A stretch of 64,000 nucleotides of DNA, taken from assembly GCA_013239625.1 (NCBI GenBank), contig MU053994.1, positions 1,057,775-1,121,774 of the forward strand, written 5' to 3'. Each line of letters opens with the position of its first letter. Within the stretch, counting starts at the first letter, position 1. Shown one piece after another: positions 11,960 to 24,306 of this stretch. This stretch comes from Lama guanicoe (Eukaryota). The position numbers and the translations under genes were made by a program. Below the pieces are notes generated by a model. It was given only the letters and a program-made list of their open reading frames with translations, was not told the origin of the DNA and made no database searches.

Positions 11960-14110
11960 TGGCCTCTAGATTTGTTACCTTTATTCCTAATGTTTGTTTG
12001 TTTTTCAGTCATGCCAGAAATTTGTCTATTTTATGTCTTTCTAAGGAGCTAGTCTTTTGATTTGATCCTCTCTGTTGTTTTTGATTTCATTAATTTCTGC
12101 TGCCTTCTGCCTTCTACATTCTTTGGGTTTCCATGTTTTTTTCTTTTTGTGTTGCGTTCTTAGCTGGTTAATATTTTAAGTGATCTTTTCTAACATGTTT
12201 ATAAAAGACTGTAAATTCTAAGTGCTACTTTAGCCACATTTGTTTTCATTTGCAATTTTTGTTTTTCAGTTGTAGACATTTGCCAGTTCCATTAAGATTT
12301 ATTCATTGAATAATAAATTTGGAATTTTTTTTTAAAGTTTCCAAATGTGTAGAGCTTCGGACTGCCTTTTGTTTAAAAGAAATTGGTTTGTAAGATAAAG
12401 GCTAGTTATTAAGACCTACTTTGTGCCCACCTATGTGGCCAGTGTTTGCTCTGTCTCTGCTTAAAATGTCTGTCTTCTCTAATTATGGGGTGTGGGGTAA
12501 CACGCTTGTAAATCTATCCAAATAGTAAATTTTGTGATTATTCAACATGTCTTTGTTCTTATGAATGTTTTCTCTGACATATGAAGTTCTGAGAATGATA
12601 CATTAAAATCCCCTGTGTGACCTGTCACTTTTTCCTTTGTGTTTAAAAGCTATGTCTTTAAGGACATGCAAGTTCCATATTATGTCTCATTGAAAAATTA
12701 TCACTGTGGACTGACCCTCTGTATTTCTAATTGATTTTTCATTTAAAATTCATTTTGTCTGGTAATAGTTTTTATAATTTCTTCTGATGAACATTGCCAA
12801 AGGTATTATTCTATAGCCGTTTTCAACCTTTCTCTGTAATATTTTAGATGTGTCTTCTTAAACAGCATATAACTGCATTTTGCTTTCTTTTAGCTCACCT
12901 GAGAAAGTCAACTGAAAAGCTTAATCCAGTTATGTATTACTGATATATTTGGTTTTATTTCTACCATATTTTTTGTCTACTATTCATTTGTGTTTTCTTC
13001 CTATCTTCTCTTGAATTATTTTTATGTATTTTTGAAATTATACAGTATGTGTTTATTCTTTCAGTGGTTAATCTTAATTTCTTAATGTGCAAACTTGAAA
13101 TGTAAAGTTAATCAGAATCTCCATCTTCCTTCAAAATAAGAGACCTTAGAGTATTTTAATTTTGTCATCTCTCACTTCCACGTTTTTGTTGCCTGATGTT
13201 TTGATTCTACCATGTCCTCAAGTGAATCATAACTATTATAGTTTTTAGAGCTTATTTAGACTTAATTACATGTGTACCAGTTTTTTTTTTTTTTGCTTTG
13301 TTTTGACTATTGCATCTTGTGTCTCAATTCTTCTGGGCTCGTTTGTTTTTACTGAAGTTAGGGGCACTGACCCTCCGTGCAGTTGAAAATCTGCACAACT
13401 TTATAATTAGCCCTCTGTGTCCACAGTTCCACATCTGTGGATTCAACCAACTGCACAGATCATGTAGTACTGTGGTATTTACTGGAATAAATCCGCATAT
13501 AAGTGGACCTGTATAGTTTAAACCTGTGTTGTTCAAGAGTCAGCTATGCAATGTTTTGTTTTCAAGGGGTCTGTACATATTAAATTATCTCAGTCTTGAA
13601 AAACGTTCATGTCATCCTCACTCTTGAATTTAAGTTTAAATGGGGATAAAATTCTAGATTGGTAGTTGAAAGTATTTCTGGCCTTTTACTATTAATAGAC
13701 TAATTATTCATTTCTGGGTAACCTATCATTTCTTCCTAATAACGTCATTTCTCCCTAGTTGCCTTTAAGACTCTTTGCCTATGATGCCCCTCTTCCATTT
13801 ATGACGGACTAATTTATATGTCTCTTAGAGTCTCATTTTTTCCACATCTTTATTATTTCTTGCAGATCATCCTGGATAATTTCCTCAGTTGTCTTCTAGT
13901 TTTCTTCTCAAATTTGTCTATTTTTAATAGTAAATTATTTTTAAATCTTCTGTTCCTTTTATATAGTAGCCCGTCTCTAACAATCCTCAACTATTTTTTA
14001 TCCTTCCCTAAGATACTCTATTATCTAAATTTTCTGAATGCTAATCCTCCTGGATGTGTGTTTGCTGTCACTCGTGGTATATTGTTTTCTTGTATTTTTA
14101 ATTTTTATAA
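11960..14110 (-). mobile_element. Highly decayed ancient L1
   Basis: T-rich sequence with residual antisense ORF2 motifs (ttagatgtgtcttcttaaacagcatata, ttcattaatttctgct). Confidence 0.55.
13357..13546. mobile_element. MER8/Tigger2-family non-autonomous DNA transposon
   Basis: ttaggggcactgacc…tgtggattcaaccaac…atccgcatataagtggacc…gtgttgttcaagagtcagct; one TIR is retained. Confidence 0.85.
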
Positions 14111-14139
14111 GTAAACTTCTCTTCAGTAAGGATTCTTTT

Positions 14140-14360
14140 AAAGAAACTTTTTATTTTGGAATAATTTTAGATTTATCAAAAAGTTGCAAAGATTTCCTGT
14201 CTCCCTAATGTTAACACATTACATAAGTCTTGTTCATTTGTCAAAACTAACAAACCAACACCAATACATTACTATTAACTAAACTTTGGACTTTATTCCG
14301 ATTTCACCAGGTTTTCCTCCATTTTTTCTGTTCCAGGATCAAATCCAGGATACTACGTTG
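14140..14360 (-). mobile_element. L1MC-type 3' end
   Basis: aactttttattttggaataattttagattta…aaagttgcaaa…ctgttccaggatc…ccaggata. Confidence 0.7.
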
Positions 14361-16149
14361 AGCGAGTGGATTGGTTTTTCTGTGGTAGTACCATGCAATC
14401 TGGGTTATGTAATTGTCCCCCCAGAGAAGTTTGGCATTTCTTTAGACAGGCACCCAAGAAGTTTTAGCTGATCCAGAACCAGAACCAGATTTTTAGCTTC
14501 TCAGCTTGAGGAATCATACAACATAGGGAGTATTAATTTAGACTCCACACCTGAAAATCTTGTTATTTCTATAGGGCTTCACTGGATTTATGCAGGGTCA
14601 TGAAGATACAGATCATTCAGTGTGAGCTCAGGAATATGTCTCTTGACCCCTTGTGGGCATTAAACCCTCAAGGCATTGAGGAGTATACTCAGTCCAATGT
14701 TCCACCACACCCTGTACCCTGGTCATTGATGGAACATAACTCAAGAGCCTTTTCTAGTTTTAAATTCGTTTCTGTTCTCTTGGAGATTCATCTGTTTTCA
14801 GATGTATATTTAATTCTTAAACATTTTTATCCGGTATCTGGGGTTCTGCCTAGTGGGTGTGGCTTTTTGTCTTTTTGCCATGTTGCCAGGACCTGGATTC
14901 TATGATTTGCAGTGCATTACATGTTGCTTTCTTGTTCTAATTGTTCCCTGTGTAAGTCACTTTACTCATAATTGGTTAGGCTCTTTTTATAGTGTTCTTG
15001 AGGGCAAGGACACTGTCAGTACCGCCTTTATACCCTCACAGTGACTGGCATAACCTAAGAATGTTTTAGGTTCTCCTGTGAGTAATGAATGAACTCCAGA
15101 TCTTTCAACTGTGTGCCAGAAGCTTAACTGATCTCATGTATATATATATTTTCTTAGTTTGAGTTGTTCCACAAGTCCTAGTTGTTTTATCTCTAGAATT
15201 CTGTGGCATTCTATTTTTGCTTCACATCTTGTTTTCCACTTACTGTATCACTATTTTTATCTAACGGATATATCACAGTATCTCCCACTGTCCTCAAAAT
15301 AACTAACTCTACCTACCTCGAGGAGTCCTTCAATGATCCAGCTTGTGTTCTCGTTTTAGACCTATGGACAAAAGCCCCAATTTTTGTTTCTTTGTTTTCT
15401 TTCTTCTGTTTCCTAACAGAACCTCCAATATAACTTATACAAATAGGCAAACAAACACCAGAAGGATCCAAGAACAAATAAACTTCTAGACCTAGCAACT
15501 CTCTGCAACAAACAGCAGTGGGCACTGCATGCACACGGAGGTTTGTGGGAGAGCTCCCAGGGTAGGGGAGTTAACTTATCTGTTCTTGGATCCTCTTGAC
15601 CTATTGTGTGATTTTCCATGGAGCAATCTAATTCAAAGATTAACTGAAAACCTACTGGATTTATATCTTGGGGCATGTGAAGATGATGATGCCTGTCTTC
15701 AAGCAGTGCTGATTAATGTCTATGTATATAGCAGACTGTGCAAGCTACTCATCTTCCTACTAGAATAATTCAGGTTTGTACAGTTAATTGTAAAAAGGCC
15801 AATACAGTATATTCTATAAATACAACTATATTACTTATCTGTAGTTTTATAACAAATTGCTCCATCACTTACTTACCAGTTTAAAATGAACATTTATCAT
15901 CACAGTTTCTGTGGATCGGGAATCCAGGTGTGAGTTAGCTGGGAGCTTCTGGCTCTCAAGGTCTCTCAGGAAGTTGAAATTAACCAACTGTGGTGGGCTG
16001 TGATCTCTAAGGGTTCAACGTGGGGGATGGAAATCAGCTTCTGGCCTCATTCAGGTGACTGTTGACAGGCCTTGGTCCCTCGTCACAGAGGCCTCTCCAT
16101 ATTGCTACCCTATGCTGCCACAGGGGTGCTTGGCAGATGACTTGCTGAG

Positions 16150-16480
16150 GTGGGGGGGGAGAAGTAGAGAGTGGGAGAGATGGGGAGAGAGAGAGATGGA
16201 GAGAGGGAGGGGANNNNNNNNNNNNNNNNNNNNNNNNNNNNNNNNNNNNNNNNNNNNNNNNNNNNNNNNNNNNNNNNNNNNNNNNNNNNNNNNNNNNNNN
16301 NNNNNNNNNNNNNNNNNNNNNNNNNNNNNNNNNNNNNNNNNNNNNNNNNNNNNNNNNNNNNNNNNNNNNNNNNNNTATTTGGGGAGGGGGAGGGGAGGGG
16401 GAGAGATGGGTGGGTAGAGAGGGGGTGGAGTAGAGAGGGAAGGAGGGGGAGAGAGGAGTGGGGGGGAGAGGGGGAGAGAA
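16150..16480. repeat. G/A-rich polypurine low-complexity tract containing an assembly gap (N 16214-16375)
   Basis: Directly visible GGGGA/GAGA runs on both sides of 162 Ns. Confidence 0.95.
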
Positions 16481-16486
16481 AGAATG

Positions 16487-16657
16487 TTCCATAGGCATTT
16501 AATTTGGGAACTAGAAGTTCTCAAGGTAGGTTTGCTTTTTACCTTTCATTTTAAAAGTTCTATTGAGATTTAAAATACACAAAGTGTAAAAAATTAAGGC
16601 AGTTTATTTATATGTCTTTTCATACGAAACCCTTATCTCAAAAGAACTGGGTAGATA
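16487..16657 (-). repeat. Inverted copy of 20624-20813
   Basis: ttccataggcatttaatttgggaactagaagttctcaaggtagg is the reverse complement (1 mismatch) of 20770-20813. Homology continues to aactgggtagata / tatctacccagtt. Confidence 0.92.
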
Positions 16658-17537
16658 TATTTTAGAAATCTAAAAAAAAAAGTGATTCTATATTTTTATT
16701 GAAATACAGAGGGAGACAGGGAGAGAAAGAATGTTCAAGACAGAAGCCACTTTTTGATAATCTAACCTCAGGAGTGACATGCCATCACTTCCAACACACC
16801 GAAGTCGTGAGTAAGTAAGTCCTGTCATGCAGAAGTGGGGGCTCACGCAAAGCTGTGCAGCCAGGAGGCTGGACTGTTCGGGGCGTCCTAGACGCTGCCT
16901 GCCACAGCTACGTGGGATTTGCTTCCCTCGGGGATGCACTGCATGACTCACACAAGGTTAACTCAGCTAAGCAACCAAACTCGGGAAGAGCACTGCTTTA
17001 CAAGTCAGTCTGTCCTCTGCGCTCACTGATCTCGCGGCTCCCATTGCTTTCATGACTAAGCCAAGGCTTGTTTTGGCCCCACCTCCTCAAACATTTCTCT
17101 TTAGGAGTTGGAATTCCTGATGGTCAGCAAAAATCAAATGCTGCAAGTTTTCAAATATATCACCTATTTTTTCATTATCTTGGAAGAGTTTCTAAATCCT
17201 GCATGTCTACTCTCTTGAAAAACTCTAGTAATTATGTCATTTCTGTGCTACTACACACCTCTTGGTAGAAAAACACTGCAGAGAAATCATTTAAAATTAA
17301 TAACTTGGTACTCAACTGTTACCCTTTCCTCCACTACCTTTACTTCATGAGGATTAATTATGTGAAATGATGGTTGCTGCAATTTAAAAAATAGAGAAGT
17401 GGAGTTATTTGTCATTTGGGAGCAAAAAGATTACATTGTTTTTTCAAATGAATGTTGCGTGTTAGCCTCAAATAAGCATGAACAATTCAAATATCTTTCC
17501 CCCCCATATTTCAGATATTCTTAGGTCAACTTTAATA

Positions 17538-17601
17538 TTATGCTGTACACCAGAAATCGACACAACACTGTAAACTGACCACATTTCAATTAAAAAAAAA
17601 A
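17538..17601 (+). mobile_element. Very short camelid-type L1 3' tip with poly-A
   Basis: tatgctgtacaccagaaatcgacacaacactgtaaactgaccacatttcaatt(a)n, compare 32641-32706. Confidence 0.8.
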
Positions 17602-17809
17602 GGAATAATTACTGGGTTAAGGGAAATTCAGCAATAAGAAAAACTACAGATAGAGAATCCTAGAAGATTACAGTTTTAAGAGGATACTTAATGATAAATG
17701 AATATGTCTAAAGTCCTCTCCAGAACAGTAAGTGTCTAGAAAGCACGATTGAAGGAATTTCTGATAGTCTGGTTGTGCAGGTTTGTGTTCAGGGGAGTAC
17801 AAAAGATTC

Positions 17810-18532
17810 ACAGAAACCAAAAAGAGAACACAAGCATAATACAAAAGGAAACCAAAGAAACAAAAGCCAAAAAGAAATACAAAATCAACTGGAAAACAAT
17901 GCATCTATTACCATTTTAAACCTTGTCAATAATGATCTTAAATGACAAGGGACTAAAATGCTCCAATCAGAAGACAAGAGTGGCAGACTAGATAAAAAAC
18001 AAGAGTCTACAATATGCTGCCTCCAGGAGACCCACCTTAGGGTGAAGGACACACATAGAAAGTGAGAGGATGGAAAAAGACTGCATGCAAATGGGAATGA
18101 CGGGAAAGCATACAAAATCTATGGGCTGCAGCCAGAGCAGTTCTTTGAACTTCACAGGCCTTCCTCAAAAACAAGAAAAACATCAAATAACCTAACCTCC
18201 CACTGAAAAGAATTTTTAAAAGGACAAATAAAACCTAAAGTCAGAAGGAGGAAGGAAACACAGATCAGAGAGGAAATAGAGATGAAAAATCAATAGAAAA
18301 AGGTAGAGGAGGGCATAGCTCAGTGGTAGAGTGTGTGCTCAGCATGCACGAGGTCCTGGGTTCAATCCCCAGTCCCTCCATTAAAATAAATAAACCTATT
18401 ACTCCCCGCCCCCCAAAAATCCAAAAATTAATAGAAAAAGAAATCGGTAAAACCAAGAGCTGGTTCTTTGAAAGGGTAAACAAAATCAACAGTCCTCTAG
18501 CCAGGCTCATCAAGAAGAAAAGGACCCAAATA
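17810..18532 (+). mobile_element. Internally deleted L1 fragment (ORF2 endonuclease region)
   Basis: atatgctgcctccaggagacccacc (ICCLQETH) and [26 protein letters not shown]. Confidence 0.85.
18303..18422 (+). mobile_element. tRNA-derived SINE (camelid Vic-1-like)
   Basis: gagggcatagctcagtggtagag…ggtcctgggttcaatccccag. 18-bp TSD aaaaat(c/t)aatagaaaaag at 18285-18302 and 18423-18440. Confidence 0.9.
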
Positions 18533-18557
18533 TTGAGTTTTTAAGAGCTCAATACAG

Positions 18558-18720
18558 GCATTCCATTGATATTTATTAAACACCTACTATGTGCTAGGCA
18601 CTGCTCTGAAAGTGGGGCTGCAGTTGTGACAAGACAGAGCAGACCCTGGCCCTCATGGAACTTACGATTTTATGGAAGCAGACAGATGACAAACGTATGA
18701 ATGAGTAAAATTAGATGTTT
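18558..18720 (-). mobile_element. L2 3' end
   Basis: atatttattaaacacctactatgtgctaggcactgctct…ccctggccctcatggaacttac. Confidence 0.8.
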
Positions 18721-19234
18721 CAGAAAGAAAATGAAAACAGTCCAATTTTCACTACATGGTTGAATTCTTTTCTGAGCCCAGGCAGACAGGCTGACATCAT
18801 CTCAACTTAGTTAATTTAAAAGGTGGGCAAACATCGACCTAAAGCTTTGGGTTGGGCACTGTGGACACAGGTATGCGTATTTATTATGGAAACCAGCCAT
18901 TTGTGGTTAAGTCAACAAGGCTAAAGACCTCCCCCAAATAAGGATCCTGAAGACGCTTCCAGAAATTCAGTTCCTCTCTAATTATAGCTATTTCCTTGCA
19001 AAGAAGAGTTAACGCCATGCAGGAGGGCATAATGGTGTTCACAGTGCATCCATTAACACAGAATGTGCACACTGTCCTCATGGTTCATGAGCTTTGTACA
19101 CCAGCTCCGTCCCTGCACCCATCAGGACTGCACCAGTTCTATGTGATGTATATGGGGCTTTCCTGTGACAGGTTTGAAGAAAGGGTTTCATAGCTTTAAG
19201 AAAAAAAAGTTTGAGCACCACTGGATTATGACGC

Positions 19235-19490
19235 TACTGAGAGAAATCAGAGCTACACAAAATGTGGGCTTTGCCGGGGAGCTTGTTACACATGCAGAAT
19301 CTCAGGCCCTACCCAAAATCCGAATCGGAATCTGCCCTGTAACAAGATCTCCAGGAGATTCATAGACACAAACATTTGAGAAGTACTGACAAAGGCCGCT
19401 GGTTTCCAATCTTGACTGTTCTTTGGAATCACCTGGGAGTGAAGGCTCCCTAGAGGACTTGGAGGTGCAGTCAGGTTTGAGAACACCGAT
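19235..19490. mobile_element. Two MER5-family hAT fragments
   Basis: ggagcttgtta…atgcagaatctcaggccc…taacaagatctccagg…tttgagaagtactg and ggaatcacctgggag…gtgcagtcaggtttgagaac. Confidence 0.7.
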
Positions 19491-21074
19491 TTAGGTCACT
19501 GAGCCCAAAGAATGATCGGTGTCCTAAAAATGCAGGCTGTTTGGCCACCTGGAGAACCAGGCTTATAGTGTAAGCCAGTCAGCTAGAATCCTCTGCCACT
19601 GGGGGGAGGTGACAGCCCCGCAGCCCACCGCCCTTCTTGCACATGGAAGCCAGTACGTAATAAATGGAGAATGCCTATTCTTGTAAGTGGGTGGGGGGAG
19701 TGGTGAGGGCAATGAGAATTCCTTTCCAGCAGATGGTATCATTTATCAGCTGGTTTAGAAAGCAGCAAGACCTCATTTTTACGCAGTGATTTCTCCCGCT
19801 TTACCAAGGGTTAATAACTCAGTAGAAACACTCAGACTAGCCTGCCTGCTACTCACCCTACCCAGTTTAAATTTATTTTATGTAATTGTATGCAACAATT
19901 TAGCTGTGAAATTCCTCCAGGGCAGGAAGCCACATGGATCGCTCAAACCGCTGAAAGCAGTAAATGGAAAGCTTATGCATTCGTTAAGTCGGAAGGCAAA
20001 CCGGAGGGGAGCCGGTGCCTGAACACTCAGAAGAGGACAGCTTTGGGGGGACCGCTTCCTTCTTTTACCCGCTCTGCCCCTCAGAAATATAGTTTGACAA
20101 ATTCAATCTGCACTAGGTATTTCTGATTTTTTAAAAAGGAAGACGGATCCATGGAACTGGGCAAGCACAGACTATTTTTTAAATTCCAATATATTAAATT
20201 CTCTGTGGCCCCAAAGTTGTCTTAACAGAACGAGTGGAGCTGAGTTGGTTGAAGTGGGAAGTTCTGTTTTTCTTGCTCAAGGAGCGGCCTACACTGAGCT
20301 TTCTGTTGTAGGACATGCAGGTCTGTCCATGATAACAAGCAAGAAATCTAAGCCGGTACCTGCGGAAGCTTGGCATTCTTTTCACTTAACAGCTGAAGGT
20401 ACTAAAACTCCCAAGAGTCATATCTTCCAAACCCAGTATCCGTGACAGCTGAAATGCCAGGATATGCTTACATTGCAAAGCTAGAATTTCTACTCCAGAT
20501 ATAAGTACCATTTCACATAAATCCATCGTGCAAATACCCGTTGCCTGTCTACCAGTGCGCACGTGATCAATGGGTAAATGTGGAGTAGCGGGATCCACTT
20601 GGAGATAAATTATTACAGGTGATTATCTACCCAGTTCATTTGGGATAACAGCGTTTCATTTCAAAAGATATATAAATAGTAAAAATTCAAATTGCCTTAA
20701 ATTTTTTTACACTTTACTGGTGTACTTTAAATCTCAATAGAACTTTTAAAAGGAAAGGTAAAAAGAAAACCTACCTTGAGAACTTTTAGTTCCCAAATTA
20801 AATGCCTATGGAATATTTCTAACTCATTTTTCACCAATTACTAGTTTGAAACTACTCTGCTTTGGCATCAGAAAGTGCCTCATTCTTCCACTTTCAGATT
20901 GGACATACCTGCCCCAGTCCCTGAAGTGTAAATTGCTCATAAACAAGAAGTAGGATGATATTAGAAAATAGGGTAAATTAAATGCCAATCAAGAATAATG
21001 GTGTCTCAGAAATGCCCGATGAATGCTAGCGTTACCACTGCACTACACAGACGTATTTTGCAAGCAGAGCCATA

Positions 21075-21270
21075 GCTAGTGAGCAGTGCCGTGTAGAAGC
21101 ACTGACAGGATGGGAGTCCAGAGACTTACCAGCTTAGGCCTCAGAATTTCCTAGGAGACTTGTATAAGTCTCTTAGATGCCTACCACTTCATCTTCCTCA
21201 TCTACAAAATCAGGATGGGACTAGATGTTTCCAAAGACTCTCAAGATCCCTTTGATATCTTATAGTTCAA
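21075..21270 (+). mobile_element. MIR SINE
   Basis: gtagaagcactg…gggagtccagagac…ttcctcatctacaaaatcaggatgggactagatg. Confidence 0.65.
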
Positions 21271-22600
21271 TGACTGGTCGGTCCAGTGACCACCCTAGTC
21301 CTTTGAGGATTCTTTGTAACTAAGACAATTGGGAATCAAGCCAGACCTCGCCTACCAAAGGGCAGTTCCACCAATGGAGAGCCAGCCTCCAGCCCCTCCA
21401 GCCACCACCAACATCCACACAGTGTCTATGCGATGCCACACATACACACCGTTGTGGGCAAGATTTGTGGAAGATCACATTTCTACTCTTAGATTTCAAT
21501 ATTTTTACCTTTTTACAGGAGTTACTGCCTAAGGGAGAAACTGCATGAATCAAAATGAAGACTATGTGACTTATAAATCTGTAGAATTAGGAATAACAGA
21601 AATAAATAAAATACAATATTTAAAAAAAAAGTCCTCTACCAGAGAAGAATTAACAGGGAAGTTATTTTGGTTTTAAAATAGGTTCAGATAAGGAACTATC
21701 AATTTTAGCAAAATTGGAGTACAAGGGGCCAGATTTACCCTCCTGCCTGAAACAACCAACACCTAGGCAAAATGTATGAAACGACAGATGTGAAGACATT
21801 GAAATCAGAAGAATAGTAATCCCCAAGAGACGGAAAGAAAGAGGAAGTGAGCAGTCTGATTCCCTCAGCTCACTGACTTGTGATGGAGGGAGAGGAAACC
21901 TCCTGAGGCACCATCCCTGAGTTGAACATAGAAAGCAGAGAGTCCAGGGAGACCAAAGCAGCTAGAGTTCGCAGGACAGAGTGCTGGAGAGGACAGAGCT
22001 GCACAGAGAGAGAACTCCAGAGGTCACAGAGGAGCACCCTTAAGTATTCGGGAGAATAGGGATTGGTGCACGTGTGTGGGAAAACTACCCCAGACTGGTG
22101 GATGAAACAGTGCTTGAGGCTCACACAGGTGCAGGGATAGTTCCTATCCTCATCAGCAAGTCCAGAAAAACAATTCCCAGGGCATTGGGCAGAGTATTCA
22201 AAAGGGTCTAAAACATAGTTCAATTACTTCAAAACCATTTAATACCTTCAAGCCTTTCTAAAAAAATATTTGTTAGGGGAACCAGGGCCACGTTTATCCT
22301 AAGGCTAATTATTCCCCACTGCTGAGGCAAGTACTGGATATTTTTGTATTCCTGTAAGTAAATTCCCCAAACTTGTTGAAACCTATAAACCCAGATATCC
22401 AAGAAGCTTAACAAAGCCTGAATACAAAAAGACGAAGAGAACTACTTTAAGGCACATATCATAAGCAAACTGTACAAAATCAGTGATAAAAGGAAAAACT
22501 TTTAATTCACCAGAGGAAAAAGAGGTGACGTCCAGAGAAACAAAGGTAAGGATGATAATAAACTTCTGTTGGGAAAGAAAAATGTAAGAAAGATGACAGT

Positions 22601-22979
22601 TGCAAATGATCAAATGTTTAGATCCCTGCAAAATTCTTATGTTGAAATCCTGTTCCCCAAGGTGATGGTATTAGGAGGTGGGGGGGTCTTTAGGAGGTGA
22701 TTAGATCATAAGGGTGAAGTCCTCATGAATGGCATTGTGCCCTTATAAAAAAAAAAGACCCCAGAGAGCTCCCTAGTCCCTTCAACCATGTGAAGTTGCA
22801 GTGAAAACATGGCTGCCTACGAACCAGGAAGTGGGCCAGATACCTCACCAGACACCAAATCAGCTGGTACCTTCATCTTGGACATCCTGGCCTCCAGAAT
22901 TGTAAGAAATTAAGTGTTTGTTGTTTAAGCCACCCAGTATATGATATTTTTATTATAGCAGCTGGAGCAGACTAAGCCA
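22601..22979 (+). mobile_element. MLT1A/B-type MaLR solo LTR
   Basis: TG…CA ends; tatgttgaaatcct…ggtattaggaggtgggg…ttgtttaagccacccag…gactaag; 5-bp TSD acagt/acaat. Confidence 0.88.
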
Positions 22980-24201
22980 ACAATTGAATAGCATCTTTTA
23001 AAAACTGAAAGGAAACAAACAAAAAATTAACCTAGAATTTTTTACTCAGCAGAAATATCTTTCAAGCCCCAAGGAAATAACGACTTTACAAACATAAAAA
23101 AATCTGAAAGAATTCACCACCAATAGATCCATGCTATAAAAAATGTTAAAAGAGGTCCTTTAGGCAGAAGAAAAATGATACTAGCTGGAAATACGTATCT
23201 ACACAATAAAGGGCACCAGAAACAGTAACTACTTGAGTAAATATATGACTTTTTTCTTTTACTTTTATTTAAAAGATAATTGACTGTTTAAACAAGAATA
23301 ATAGCAATGTGGCATGAGTTGTACATGTAAAAACAAAATATAATAGCACAAAGCTCGGGAGGGGAGAAATGGAAGAATGCTATTGTAAGGCTCTTTCAAT
23401 ATATGTGAAGTCGCACAGCATCACTTGAAGGTTAGATTGTGATTAAAGATATATACTATAAATCCTAAAGCAACCAATAAACCTAAAAGTCATAATTAAG
23501 AAGTCAACCAGTGGAATAAAATAGGATTTTAAAAGTATTCAATTTAAAAGGAGGTAGAAAAAAGGAAAAAAGAACAAAGCACAGGTATGACAAAAAACAT
23601 GTAGCAAGATAAAAGTTTAAACCTAACTATATCAATAATAGTATTAAATGTAAGTGGACTAAAGGCCCCAATTAAAAGGTAGAGACTGTCAGATTGTATT
23701 AAAAAAGCAAGACCCAACTATATGGAACCTATGAGAACACACTTTAACTATAAAGACGTAAGTAAGTTAAAAAGTAAAGAGATGGAAAAAGATATGCTAT
23801 GCTAACACTAATTGACAGAAAGCTGGAGTGACTATATCACTGTTAAACAAATTAGATTATAGAGTAAAGAATACTACCAGTGTAAAGAAGGTAATTAATG
23901 ATAAAGGGATCATCAGAAATAATAACAATTGTGAAAGTTTAAGCACCTAATAAATCATGCAAATATGATATAACTACAAAGAAATAAACACATCTAATCT
24001 ACAATTATAGTTGGAGACTTCAATGCCCCTTTCTCAGCAATAATTTTTTTTAAAGCAAAAAATAAATCATAAAGGATATAGTAGACTTGAACAAAATCAA
24101 CCAACTTTATACAGAATATTTACCAAGATAGAACATATTATGGGCCATAAAATAAGTTTCCATAAATTTAAAGATTAAAACTTATACAAAGTATATTTTC
24201 T

Positions 24202-24306
24202 AAGACTATGAAAACAAATATATATATGTATATGCATGACTGGGGCATTGTGCTGTACACCAGAAACTGACACATTGTAACTAACTGTACTTTTTTTAAA
24301 AAAATA
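24202..24306 (+). mobile_element. Short camelid-type L1 3' end
   Basis: gcatgactggggcattgtgctgtacaccagaaactgacac, flanked by tatattttct at 24192-24201 and 24307-24316. Confidence 0.8.

Larger units (their letters stand above)
15835..16906 (-). mobile_element. MLT1 (MaLR) LTR, interrupted by a polypurine expansion, an assembly gap and a templated insertion
   Basis: acatttatcatcacagtttctgtggatcgggaatccagg…ttagctggg, resuming at ~16719 with aagacagaagccac…ggagtgacatgccatcacttcc…gctgcctgccaca. Collinear with the MLT1 at 61855-62390. Confidence 0.8.

Noticed and set aside
16034..16524. ORFs of 107-154 aa
   Set aside because: Artefacts of the N gap and low-complexity sequence.
18310..18380. tRNA-like sequence (also at 8790-8859 and 29260-29330)
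   Set aside because: SINE heads with tails and TSDs, not tRNA genes.
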